The translations under genes were made by a program, and so were the position numbers. Shown piece after piece: positions 42,126-54,899 of a stretch of 64,000 bases of DNA. The first letter of the stretch is position 1. The number at the start of each line of letters is the position of its first letter. The DNA is taken from the NCBI GenBank assembly GCA_951406725.2, contig OX597822.1, positions 80,166,001 through 80,230,000 of the forward strand. Reading direction: 5' to 3'. The notes beneath the pieces are model-generated. The model worked only from the letters and a program-made list of their open reading frames with translations, ran no database searches and was not told the origin of the DNA. The DNA is from Octopus vulgaris. Taxonomy: Eukaryota.

Positions 42126-43310
42126 CGTCTTGCTTTTTTTACCCCTCTGCGAAAAGATCTCAGAATTTTAATTGATTTGCTTTTCTCAAGAAGGAAGTTT
42201 TCTTCGAAGTATACGTCTCGCTTTTATCCTTCGAAACGTTTAGTAGATGAAACCTTAGCGACTGAAGAAGGGGATTTTTCGTTGTGCTTATTGTCCTGTA
42301 TCTCTTTTTTTGCTTGTCTTGTTCCTTGGTTTGTGTCTATGTTTTTCGTCTCTCTATGTGTTCGACGTCTTTTTGGTGTCCTGTACACATATATGCGTGT
42401 ATATGTACATGTAGAGGTAGGTACGTACATATATGTTTATATATATGCATATGTTCTATTTTATTAACCTATTATACGACTAAACGCACGCACCCTATTA
42501 AGTAAGATTGTTCTGTTTATCAAGTTAGCCTTGATATTAACTCTCACGCGACTCTGCATCTTTCTTTCTTTCTCTCCCATTCCCTTTTTCGTCTTTTTTC
42601 CCTCACTTAACTTGTCTCTTCCTCTCTCGCTCCCCCTCACTGTTCTTCATGGTCTCCTCGCACCATTCCCCTTCTTCTCTCTCTTCCTCTTGCTCCTCCT
42701 CCCCCATTCCCGTCGTCCATCTGCGACGATACTTCCGTCGTAACTGCTATCCTGTCTTTTCTCGCCCGCCTTCTAAGGCTACTGGTCGATATTCTTTCTC
42801 TCTCGTCGTCCACTATAATCCAGCGTTTGCAATACTTTTTTCGTCTGGCGTTAACAGCCCTTCTTATCTTGTTCTCCTTGTCCTGTCTCTCACTGTTATA
42901 TTTTTATTTTTCCACTGTTTATATATATATTTTTTACTGTTTATATGTTTGTACTGTCGTTACCGTCTTGCTTTTTTTACCCCTCTGCGAAAAGATCTCA
43001 GAATTTTAATTGATTTGCTTTTCTCAGGAAGGAAGTTTTCTTCGAAGTATACGTCTCGCTTTTATCCTTCGAAACGTTTAGTAGATGAAACCTTAGCGAC
43101 TGAAGAAGGGGATTTTTCGTTGTGCTTATTGTCCTGTATCTCTTTTTTTGCTTGTCTTGTTCCTTGGTTTGTGTCTATGTTTTTCGTCTCTCTATGTGTT
43201 CGACGTCTTTTTGGTGTCCTGTACACATATATGCGTGTATATGTACATGTAGAGGTAGGTACGTACATATATGTTTATATATATGCATATGTTCTATTTT
43301 ATTAACCTAT
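42126..43310 (+). mobile_element. Non-coding element with 347-bp direct terminal repeats (838-bp period)
   Basis: 42126-42472 and 42964-43310 are near-identical; flanked by (TA)n; no TG..CA ends. Diverged homologue at ~61550-61880. Confidence 0.85.
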
Positions 43311-43347
43311 ATATATATATATATACATATACATATACATGTATATA

Positions 43348-43529
43348 CAGTAATCCCTCACCGTATCGCGGTTCACCTCTCGTGCACTCAGTACATTGTA
43401 CAGTTTTTGGGGTATACAAATTTAAATAAGAGATTCCCCAGTACGATAGGTATCTATAGTTTTTCAGATTTTAAATAATACTGTGGCACGTATCGGAACG
43501 TAACGCCCGCGATAGTCGAAGGAGTACTG
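43348..43529. mobile_element. Tigger/pogo-like MITE
   Basis: TA-CAGTAATCCCTC..TATCGCGG / CCGCGATA..GAAGGAGTACTG-TA. Confidence 0.75.
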
Positions 43530-43557
43530 TATGATAATAATGATAATGATGATGATG

Positions 43558-43602
<45 letters not shown>

Positions 43603-43603
<1 letters not shown>

Positions 43604-44029
43604 GATTTGCTTGTCAGTTGTTTGACCTTAACCAGTTGAGCATGTCCCTTAGTGGCTGATGATATGTGCATCTCTGATCACGAGCAGAAGTAGTGGGGGA
43701 GCATCATAGCCATGTGTTGAGAGGGATTCTTTGGGGTTTGAATAGTTCACCTCTGGAAACATGGGAGGTTCTTTCAACATCCTTAAACAACCCTTATTCA
43801 GGGACCGTTTGAGCGGGATGGGCTACTCAACCTGAAGAAAATTCTAACTGGGCTCCACCTGCAAGGTCATGTGCTGTTTATCTTGATATGAGATCACCAT
43901 GACGCGCACATATGGTTGTGATGCATGTGCCTGGTGTACCTTTATCAGACGGGTAGTCATGATGGGTATATTGGGCTTCGTATATTTTACCCCAGTGTCA
44001 CTTTGATGGCATGAACTGCTCTCTCACTC
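43603..44029 (+). mobile_element. Family D, 5'-truncated copy in (TAA)n
   Basis: Near-identical to 19081-19507 with the same 3' end. Confidence 0.9.
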
Positions 44030-44267
44030 AATAATAATAATAATAATAATTATATATATATATATATATCATATGTTAGTGTATGTTACAGTGTTTGTCC
44101 CCCCCCATCACTTGTGTGTTTGTGTATTTACGATCCCGCTTCAGCAAAAGAGATTGTAGGGAGCTTAAAAAAAAATAAACAAAAATATGGGGCCGATTCG
44201 TTCGACTAAAATTTTAGAAGGTGGTTCCCCAGCATGCCCGTAGATTACTGACTGAAATAAATAAATG

Positions 44268-44342
<75 letters not shown>

Positions 44343-44935
44343 TACGTGCGCGCCCGCGTGTTGGTGTGTCTGTGTTGTGCTCGTGTATGTAAGAATCTTA
44401 TTCGCAGCCGTTCGTAATTTAACTAACATTCACAGTGAATGGGAAATAAATGTAGCTTTGAGAGTTGCCTCCCTTGAACTGAATAACAGCAACACGATAT
44501 ATGCTTGAGTACAGTTAGACGTCGTTTCTGGTGAATGGATTTTGTTACCGGACAATATCATGTTCGTATTTTTGTATAAATGCTTACGTTGAAATAAGCG
44601 TGTATATGTCTATGTCTATGTCTATGTCTATGTATGAAAGGATAACTGGATGGGTGGATGGACGGCTGGATGGATGGATGGACCCAAAGATGTAACTTTA
44701 TTTTATTCTTTTATTCTTTTACTTGTTTCAGCCATTTGACTGTGGCCATGCTGGATCACCGCCTTTAGTCGAACAAATCGACCACAGGACTTATTCTTTG
44801 TAAGCCTGGTACTTATTATATCGATCTTTTTTGCCGAACCGCTAGGTTACGGGGCCGTAAACACACCAGCTATGGTTGTCAGGTGATGGTGGTGGGGGAC
44901 AAAAACAGACACATACAAACACATACACGCACACG

Positions 44936-45017
<82 letters not shown>

Positions 45018-45158
45018 CGACGGGATCTTTTCAGTTTACGTCTACCAAATCCACTCACAAAGCTTTGGTGAGCCCTAGGCTATAGTAGAAGACACTTGGT
45101 CAAGGTGCCACGCAGTGGAACTGAACCTGGAACCATGTGATTGGTAAGCAAGATACTT

Positions 45159-46201
45159 TATTTCATAAATTTGTCATATAGACAGTACAAAGTGCTTTGC
45201 GGGCTGGACAAACACATTAATGAATGATAATGAATTATAATGAATAAATGAGAGACGAAACCCAACACCCGCCGATTGGATTTTTCTCGAAAACATATTT
45301 TCTTTTTTTTTTAAATCAATATAAGGTTTCGAACCTTTTACAAGGAGGAGGCACTTACTTAACATATTTTCTTTTTTCTTTCTTAAAACACAAAATTGTA
45401 GGTTATAAACCACTACAAAATAGTCCAATAAGGTGAGGTTTCAAACTCTGTAACGAGGCTCTTTCATCTTCTACTCTTCGATATATCCATCGATATATTC
45501 ATCATTATCTTCAATGCCGCTTGAGTTCCTGTATCCCGCCATTTCCCATGCCTCGTTCATGTAGGACATGTAAGTCGTGTAAGGGCCACCCGGCCATATG
45601 CGACACTCCTCCCCAAATCCTTTAAGCCTTTCCCACAAGAGAAACCTTATGACCTCCACAGCTATCTGCGGAGGCCATTCGAGATCCCGTGTGAAGGGCA
45701 TATCTACTGTTTCTTTATGTTCTTCTACTATTTTTTTCCACCTCCCCGCCCTTGTAGAAAAAGATAATCAATTGATCATCTTTAAGGGTGGGGGTGGTTT
45801 CTTCCACCGTGGGTGGCACAACTTCGGGGCATGCAGTCGGCACATCATCTTCCTGCTGAGATGACCCGTTCTTCTTCTTTCTTTCTTTTCTTTTCTTCCT
45901 GCTTCGGGAGAGTGGAGCTCTTCCGCTTTGTCCGGAGACTCTCCCCTGCCTCCCGAAGCCTTAGGTTCCTTCCGCGGGCAACTATTGTTGCCCGCCTTCT
46001 TCCTTTTTAATCCTTTTTGAGTTGAGGAGGCTGAAGCCTCCTCGACCACATCCACCTCTCCCTTTGACCGGGTAGGGGAGGTAGCATCTGGTGACTGTTC
46101 CAGGTCCTTACCATGGTCCTGGGGGCAGTTCCTTTTAATGTGGCCTGGCTGCAGGCACAAGTGACACTTTGGGGGACGTCCCTCAAGTATCACCGGATAC
46201 C
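45159..46201 (-). mobile_element. Gag-knuckle (ORF1-only) retroposed insert inside a SINE-A head
   Basis: CHLCLQPGHIKRNCP CCHC knuckle. The SINE is interrupted at 45158 and resumes at 46202, with TACTT duplicated. Confidence 0.75.
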
Positions 46202-47560
46202 TACTTACCACACAGCCACTCTTGTGCCTATGTATATCTGGGCCTATGTGACTGCGTATAATATACACATAAACTCGAGCATAGAACCAGCTCCTGTTTG
46301 TGTGTGTGTGTGTGTGAGTGTGCGTTTATGTGTGTGTGGGCGTGTGTGTGTGCATGTACATATGTATATATATATGTATATATATACATATACACACACA
46401 CACATACACACACACACATATATATATATATGTACATGCACACACACACACACACACATACACATACACATCAATTGTGATTTTTTTCTGTTTCAATTTT
46501 AGATGCCAACTTTGCTTTTGTTTAAACATTCTTGTGTTAAACATTCTTCAGCATTGTCTACCTCTTGCGATAAGGGCATAGTGTTGACTAACGGAAGTAA
46601 TCCTTGTTGCTTCATTTGGTTGGAGTATTGTATTCACGATTGCAAGATTTTTGTTTCGCTTCTGAGCGCCAAGAGGCTGCGGTGTGTTCTTGAGAAAAAT
46701 CGCTTCCTTTTTATGTTGTCCCAGACCGCTCAGCTGTGAAGGAGTAAACCCTACAATTTAGATCCCATAGAATCCGGGTCAGCGACCCAATCAGTCCAAG
46801 AACTCCAGCGTATACTCGCTTCTTTCCTTGTTTCACTGTGTAGTGCTTATTTCGTTAGTGCATTCTTCATTGTATTTTTGTCTCTCCTCATTTCTCTGAA
46901 ACAAAATAATAATTTTATGGCTTAGCTAAGAATAGAACCCGGTGTTCAAGTGTTTGTGCTGCCTCAGAGAGAGTCAAGGTCGAAGGGAATAATTTTCAGC
47001 GATTCCTGTAGCATGAATCAGTTCATAAAGCCGTGTTATACCCAGAACGTTGATCTGGACCGATTAATTTTAATAAAAGAAACAGCAGTGATAGTGAAAA
47101 CAGGAGTAACGGTGATGATATACAGGGCTAGGTGTTTATTTACCAACCAATTTGCTTTAAAAACTAAATCTACGGTAAATCCCATTTCAATAAAGCCACG
47201 ATGGATCCATATTACAACAGCAATTCAATCATCGCATAAATCGTTTATTTCAAGTTTGATGTTTATTTTAATATTTGGCCGTAGCTGGTTGGAGGAGTTA
47301 GATGATTGTTTTCTATATTCCTAGACCCATCTGAAATGTAACGCTAAGCCTGGGTGACTGCAAATTATATATATATATATATAGGGAGAATTCACGAAAA
47401 AAACAAAAGACGAAGACAGGTGGTGTACAAAACAAACAGATGTGTTAGTATAACGCTCAGGAATTGAAAAAGTATTTTACGTTTCGAGCCTACGCTCTTC
47501 CACAGAAAGAAGAGAAACAAGGAGAGGAAAAAAAGTGTAGTGGCTACCGATCTATCATGG

Positions 47561-47602
<42 letters not shown>

Positions 47603-47686
47603 GTCTGTGAGTATGTATGTGTGTGTGAATGTGTGTCTCTAATTGTACGTATATCTCTCTAGCCATAAATGTTTACAGAAACACGC

Positions 47687-47725
<39 letters not shown>

Positions 47726-48057
47726 ATTATATATATAATTATAAAAGATGATAAACGAGATATATATATGTGTTTGTGTGTGTCTTAGTGTGATAGAGAG
47801 TCTGTATATATATATATATATATGATAAACACAAGATGCGGTTAATGTAACTTGTTCCTAACGAACAAATAGCATCAGGAACGTATGTGTTTATTATACT
47901 TTTTCTGAGATTCGTTCTGCATATTATTACATTCGGTTATACTGCTAAGTACATTAGTAGCCAAACCACTTCCCAGAATAAAGAATGCCTCTTTCTGTTC
48001 TGATGAGGACTAATCTCCCCTGTAACAGTCGTACATCTAACGCAAGACGGAATGATA

Positions 48058-48091
<34 letters not shown>

Positions 48092-48261
48092 GAATGGTTG
48101 TATACTGTCAATCTAACAAGAACGTGACAGTAGGGGGTACACCACCGCTGTATAGCCCTAGAAAGCATCGAACGCCTCCTGATGGCTTTGACACATTTTT
48201 CCCTGTGTTCTTATATACATATACGAAGGGGAGACAAACACCCCCGGCTGCCGAAACTGCA

Positions 48262-48306
48262 TCTAGGGACACGTGTTTCAGGATCGTTGTCCTTCATCGG
48301 CCTAGA
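48262..48306 (-). ncRNA. Minimal type-I hammerhead (U4C variant)
   Basis: Inverted copy of 48726-48769. Confidence 0.75.
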
Positions 48307-48725
48307 GTAGCAGACACCGGTCAACCGGTGATATCTGTCTCGACTTCGTAATTGTATATACCTATACTCAGTGAAGTCTATTCACTGATTATCAAAATAA
48401 GAAATATTGAATTTCTAAATCTCTCGTAGAGACATGTACGGTGGTGGGGCGATAGAATGGTTGTATACTGTCAATCTAACAAGAACGTAGGAGGCGTTCG
48501 ATGCTTCCTAGGGCTATACAGCGGTGGTGTACCCCCTACTGTCACGTTCTTATTAGATTGACAGTATACAACCATTCTATCGCCCCACCACCGTACATGT
48601 CTCTACGAGAGATTTAGAAATTCAATATTTCTTATTTTGATAATCAGTGAATAGACTTCACTGAGTATAGGTATATACAATTACGAAGTCGAGACAGATA
48701 TCACCGGTTGACCGGTGTCTGCTAC

Positions 48726-48769
48726 TCTAGGCCGATGAAGGAAACGATCCTGAAACACGTGTCCCTAGA
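48726..48769 (+). ncRNA. Minimal type-I hammerhead (U4C variant)
   Basis: TCTAGG-CCGATGA-AGGA(AACGA)TCCT-GAAAC-ACGT-GTC-CCTAGA. Confidence 0.78.
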
Positions 48770-48994
48770 AGCAGTTTCGGCAGCCGGGGGTGTTTGTCTC
48801 CCCTTCGTATATGTATATAAGGACACAGGGAAAAATGTGTCAAAGCCATCAGGAGGCGTTCGATGCTTCCTAGGGTTATACAGCGGTGGTGTACCCCCTA
48901 CTGTCACGTTCTTGTTAGATTGACAGTATACAACCATTCTATCGCCCCACCACCGTACATGTCTCTACGAGAGATTTAGAAATTCAATATTTCT

Positions 48995-49037
<43 letters not shown>

Positions 49038-49094
49038 TTAGTGAATTGAAGAAATGGAGTTGAACGAAGATTGAACAGAAATCGTTTTATTGCA

Positions 49095-49174
49095 TTCTAC
49101 ACGTGTTTCGAAAGGCACAATTTACCAAATTCCGATTGAATAAGGAGACCATATTGTGTCTTTCTCTTCAGGAA
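49095..49174 (-). ncRNA. Type-I hammerhead ribozyme, canonical core
   Basis: Minus strand: TTC-CTGAAGA-GAAAGACACAAT..ATTGTGCCTTTC-GAAAC-ACGT-GTA-GAA. Confidence 0.8.
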
Positions 49175-49181
49175 GAAATAG

Positions 49182-49341
49182 GAAATCCGTTGGAAAAAAC
49201 AAAAACAGAACAGAGGCGGAGCAAAACAAATCGAACGAGGCTCCTAAGAGCCCATGGCCAAACTGTTTGGCCATGGGCTCTTAGGAGCCTCGTTCGATTT
49301 GTTTTGCTCCGCCTCTGTTCTGTTTTTGTTTTTTCCAACGG

Positions 49342-49346
<5 letters not shown>
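49182..49346. repeat. Perfect palindrome with 82-bp arms and a 1-nt spacer
   Basis: Centre at 49264 (CCAAAC-T-GTTTGG). Confidence 0.97.
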
Positions 49347-49398
<52 letters not shown>

Positions 49399-49409
49399 AA
49401 TATATATAC

Positions 49410-49481
<72 letters not shown>

Positions 49482-49578
49482 GTATATATATATGTGCATA
49501 TATACATATATATATGAATGTATGTATGCATACATATGTATGTATCTGTCTTTGCATATGTATATGTATGTGTGTATG

Positions 49579-49622
<44 letters not shown>

Positions 49623-49739
49623 CACACATACACATATATTATATGTATACACAGCCAACGGAAACCCTTGTGTGCGTATACGTGTGTCTATATGAATGTG
49701 TCCGTACTTAAACTTTCTCACGTCTCGTTTTGTGTGTAC

Positions 49740-49820
<81 letters not shown>

Positions 49821-52184
49821 TGCGTGTGTGCGTGTGCGCATTTGTGTCTTCAATTGTACATTTATACATTTTCAGACATTGAAAGTGAGCAGAATGATAA
49901 ATTATTCAGCGCCTGTCACACATAACTTAATGAATGGAAATATAAATAACAAACAAAATATAGACAATGGAACACCCCAGCCGACACCCACCAATCGCCG
50001 CCATTCAATACAGTCTCAGTTTTCATGGTATTAGTATTTTACCATTTTAGAGTCAAACTTGGAGAAATGCCAACTGTTGTTTGGTTTGGCAGCAGTAAAT
50101 ATGGAGAGATTTAGGGTTTTAGTGGGAAAACATTTTTACTTGATTCGGGTGTCTACCTATCGATAAGATTAACCAATGGGTGAACTGAAGCAATCTTGCA
50201 AGCCGTTGTCCTCCGTCGCTCCATCAGCTAATTATAGCAGTCAAATGTGCTTGAAATCAGATCATACTGTATTAAAAATGGAAGATTTTTTCTTTAATGG
50301 AGTTTTAGATGTACAATTATCTGGGCTGGGCTATAGAAAAGTATGTGAACCCTATACGGTCTACTAATAATAGTAGATAAATATAACATAGATCACAGTT
50401 TGTAAAAGGCAGTTTAGAGACATACAAACCTGGTCTGTACGACAAGAATAATTGAAACCTGTGTGCAGTCACGCGATCTGCTTATAATAGCAGCTAAATC
50501 TTCCACAGATCCTACTCTATGAAAGGCACTGGACAATGTAGTTCTTGACACACACAGGAAAGAAAAAAATTCTGGGGAACAAGTGAAGCATTTACGTAGT
50601 CATTTGCTTATGGAAAAATAGCAGCTAAATTTACCCTGTATCACACTCTAACTTCTCCAAATAGATAATACAATGGATAATATAGCCAATATGTTTCTGC
50701 CTTGAAGACAACGATCTCCTCCCAGGAGTCCTCATTCTCACTGACGTCTTCATTCTCGCTGACGTCGTCATTCTCAATTCTTCCTGCCTGTAACACCAAA
50801 TATTTTACGATCCGTAACTCTTTACCTCAATTAGTCTTCTCTCCCATGAATATCTCATTACTGAAATGCAAAAAATCTAAACATTCTTTTTCTTACCTTC
50901 TAATCACTATCAAGCAATTACCGGTTCGGTTCCCGTCATTTCACCCGCCAGCTACTTTTGCTCGATTATCCACCTCGCATTCCAATGTTATGCCATGTCC
51001 AACGCTTATGAGCCTTTAACGCATGTGACTAGTCGAGTCGTAACCAGTTCTATATAGATTATCTTTGGCAGCACATGGGCTGAATACCGCCTACACCTCA
51101 TTTAAATCAGGAGGTGATTGAAATTATCCTATTAGACATGTTTCCCTAGATGCCATACCTGACCCCAACAAACCAACTTCCAAAAGCCGTTCAAGCAAAA
51201 CCGCGCTTGCTGAGTTTAAACAAAGAAAACGGTCACTGTGCTGCTTGATGCAAATCGTTCACCCTTACGCAAGAAAGGGGCCTTAGCTAGCATCCCAACC
51301 CCTGAAAGGGGGTCATTCAAGGGGAGTAGGCCACAATCTATCCCACCTTCCAATTTGCCGTCGTCACCGTATCTTTTTTTTCACCTTTACCACGACATGT
51401 TTCCATTAAAAAATCTTCTTTATCATCGCATCTAAACCATGTTGCTTTCCTTATCCACGTTCTCGTTGAGAGAGTCTTCACACTTGCTGCTCGTTTCATA
51501 TCTCATTCGTCACTGCACACATAAAGTATGTTGACTTGAAGACACCAGAATATTATGTGTGTGTAGTGATGAGCCTAGTGACATGGGAAGGGAATAGTGT
51601 TGGAGGTGATATATTTTATGTGTGCAGTGACGAATTAGATGTGAAACGAACAGTAAGTGTGAAGACTCTCCAAACGAGAACATGGATAAGAAGCAACATG
51701 GTTGAGATGCAACGATAAAGAAGATGTCGTGCCACCCACATTGTTTCCACTACTCAGTAACATTATCTCTCTGTTTCTCTACAAGCAGCGTTTGACTTGA
51801 AAAATAGTTTAAAGAAGAACGGTGGCAACATAGGTCATCTTGTTCTCAGAATATCAAATAAAGCTGTAAGAACCGTCTCATCCTCAAAACTCATCCAGTA
51901 AAAAGGCCTCAGCGAAATTGTCAACCAAAGATTTTCGAGGGACGAGAACCCAACTATTTTATGTATTTAGTCTGCATTTAACAACAGGTTATTTTTTTCC
52001 TAAGATAGTATAAAAGGAAATAAGAATAAGAAGAAGGAATAAGATTATTTGTGTAAAACTTCTAGATGCTCGAGTAACCGGCAAAAGAAAAGTTGCTTGA
52101 TCCTAGAGATTTTATTACTAATTCTGACATACTAAGTTGTCGTTTAGACGCTCCCTTAGTTACTGAAAATGGCGTATATTACTA

Positions 52185-52565
52185 CTAAAGTATGGTCGTG
52201 TCGTTATGTGTTTATTTCTTAACCATATGGTGTCCAGTTCAGTCCCACTGCATGACACCTTGAGCAAATATCTTCTAGTATAGTTCCGGGGCGACCATCG
52301 CCCTCTGAGTGAAACAATTTCGTCGTGTATACACTGTGTATGTATATGTATGTGAGTGTGTCTTTCTGTTCATCTCTTCACACCGCTTGACAACTGGTGT
52401 TGGTTTGAATACGTCTCCGTAACTTAGCGGTTCAGCAGAAGAGGCCGATAGAATAAGTACCAGACTTCAAAGAACGTAAGGACTGGGGGTAATTGGTTCG
52501 ACGAAAAGCCTTCAAGGTGGTACCCCAGCATGACTGCGGTCTAATGATTAAAACATGGAAACGAA
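52185..52565 (+). mobile_element. SINE family A, diverged plus-strand copy
   Basis: GTTCAGTCCCACTG head; tail AAGGTGGTACCCCAGCATGACTGCGG. Confidence 0.8.
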
Positions 52566-53083
52566 ACAGTGAATACTTATAGTGTTCTTGCGAATCACTA
52601 GCACCGCATTATGCTCCACATTAACTATACATATACCTTAAGGAGACAGTGCAAAGCATTATTATAAGTATTCATTCAGTTTATAAGAATCTTATTTGAG
52701 AAAGTAAAACAGAATAGACTTTTGAGATGCTTTTTTTCTGTCTTATAGAGAAATATACAAAAATCTTATATTTGTAACTAATTAATATTTGGTAAGCCGA
52801 TTTCTTGAGAACATAGACATGAAGGCGATAGTTCCAGAGGCAGTCATTCTGTCGTAAGTGAAACGATTATCTATGTTCTTTGTAATTCTGCAGAATTATC
52901 TTATTTACAATCTCTTGTAGAGGATATCTACGTTTAATATGGAACAAACGTTTAGATTATACCGGATTATATAGGATTCAGTGGCATATACGTTTGAGCC
53001 CCTGTAGAAAAGCTAAAAGAAAATTATACAATTAGGCTTAATAACAAATCTTACATATGTCTAAATACATACATGGGTACATA

Positions 53084-53149
<66 letters not shown>

Positions 53150-53201
53150 CATGTGTGTGTATGTATGTATATACATATATGTATATATGTATATATGTAT
53201 G

Positions 53202-53232
<31 letters not shown>

Positions 53233-53334
53233 GTATATATATATATGTATGTATATATATATGTATATTTATATATCTACATATATATCTATCGATATAT
53301 ATATATGTATATATATGTATATATGTATATACAT

Positions 53335-53366
<32 letters not shown>

Positions 53367-53367
53367 G

Positions 53368-53471
<104 letters not shown>

Positions 53472-53754
53472 TAGATATAGATTTATTTATGTAAGTATGT
53501 ATGTGTGTTTATGTAAATATGCGTGTGTGTGCATGTGTATAGCGAAATTGTGTTTATCTGCATCACTAACTGCACATAAGCTCGCCGTGAGTTCTCTTAT
53601 AGCTACTCTTGATATCGCGGACTTAGTTTTAGAGAAAGCATTGAGAGTTTAAGTTCAATTTATTCGATCACAACTACATGTTTTCAATACAGAACACATC
53701 TACCCGTCACCTATCGCCTATACATACATACATTACATTACATACATACATACA

Positions 53755-54448
53755 TCTGTATATATAAAACTCAACTTGTGTGTCTGTGTGTGTATCTGTG
53801 TGTGCGTCTGTGTGTTTAACTTCCCGGCACATCTCCTAGCCAACAAATTGTAGAACCACCAAAAATGGGTCACTTAAAGTTTAGGCGAATGAAAATTGAA
53901 CTGTGCTATTTCTGTCCCGAAATTCATCTCGCAAGTGCAAAAGTCGATAATGTGCTTGTTTAGGCCTTATCCCATGCATTAAATAGTGAACTTTACTCAG
54001 TCAGCTGTTTGACGTGAAATGTGTTCACCACGCGTGCAAGCATGCGTAAATTGCATGAAAAATAAAAAATTAAGATATAAAAACGAATCGCCGTAAACAT
54101 TGTAGAAATTCGGCAAAGAAATGAATTTTCGGGATGTAGCCTGGAGGGTTTTTTCGTATTAATCGTTTGAACTTTGTGAACACATACCAATTGTTTTCAT
54201 AACATTTTTAACGCTTTGAATTAAATGTGACCATTTTGCGTTGAGTCTGCCGTTTGAATCACTTTAACCAAACTTTAGCAGACCGGATTTTTGATCACCC
54301 CGATACATCGCCAGCGACTCCCTGAAACTCTCCCCTTAAATCCCCGTTGAGAAATACTGATCTAAAATTTTCATTGAACTTCATCCAAGTTTAGCTTAAT
54401 TCGCGCGTGCATAGAACGCATGAGCGCACGAGCTGGGCAATACTGCTA

Positions 54449-54449
<1 letters not shown>
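53755..54449 (+). mobile_element. Non-autonomous Helitron
   Basis: A|TC start and GGGCAATACTGCTAG|T end. Confidence 0.75.
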
Positions 54450-54487
<38 letters not shown>

Positions 54488-54899
54488 GTGTATGAGTTGG
54501 GTGGATGGTAGAAACTTCACTATCCAGGTATGATGCCAATTATGTCTGCACAGCCAAGGGATGCCCTTACTGCTTAATGTTTTATGGAGTGGACCCCACT
54601 AGACGGTAGAGTTTGCGTTTTGAAGCTTAGGTTGAACTACCGTGGATGTTGCAAGTGCATGCATTGAACAGTGAGGCCAAATAAAAATCCTTCCCTGGTG
54701 AAATTTTTGCAGTTTTAGACGTAGTTAATACCGATCGATTTGCTTTACAAAGAGACTTCAATGTTAAAAGCTTTAAATAGAAAAGGTTTTCTCTGGCTAA
54801 CTCGTATATGTTAGGTAACGACGACCTCTGGAAAGACACCAAAGCAATGGCAAACCAGAGTGATAATCTCCAACATTTAGAAAGGGAGACCCATAGAGA

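Larger units (their letters stand above)
48091..48998. mobile_element. Retrozyme-like ~363-nt monomer, head-to-head greater-than-unit copies
   Basis: Left arm 48091-48488 has period 363; right arm 48489-48998 has period 362; arms are reverse complements; (TA)n on both sides. Confidence 0.85.

Noticed and set aside
47995-48050. CTGATGA-GGAC..GTC hammerhead start
   Set aside because: No GAAA box or stem III follows.
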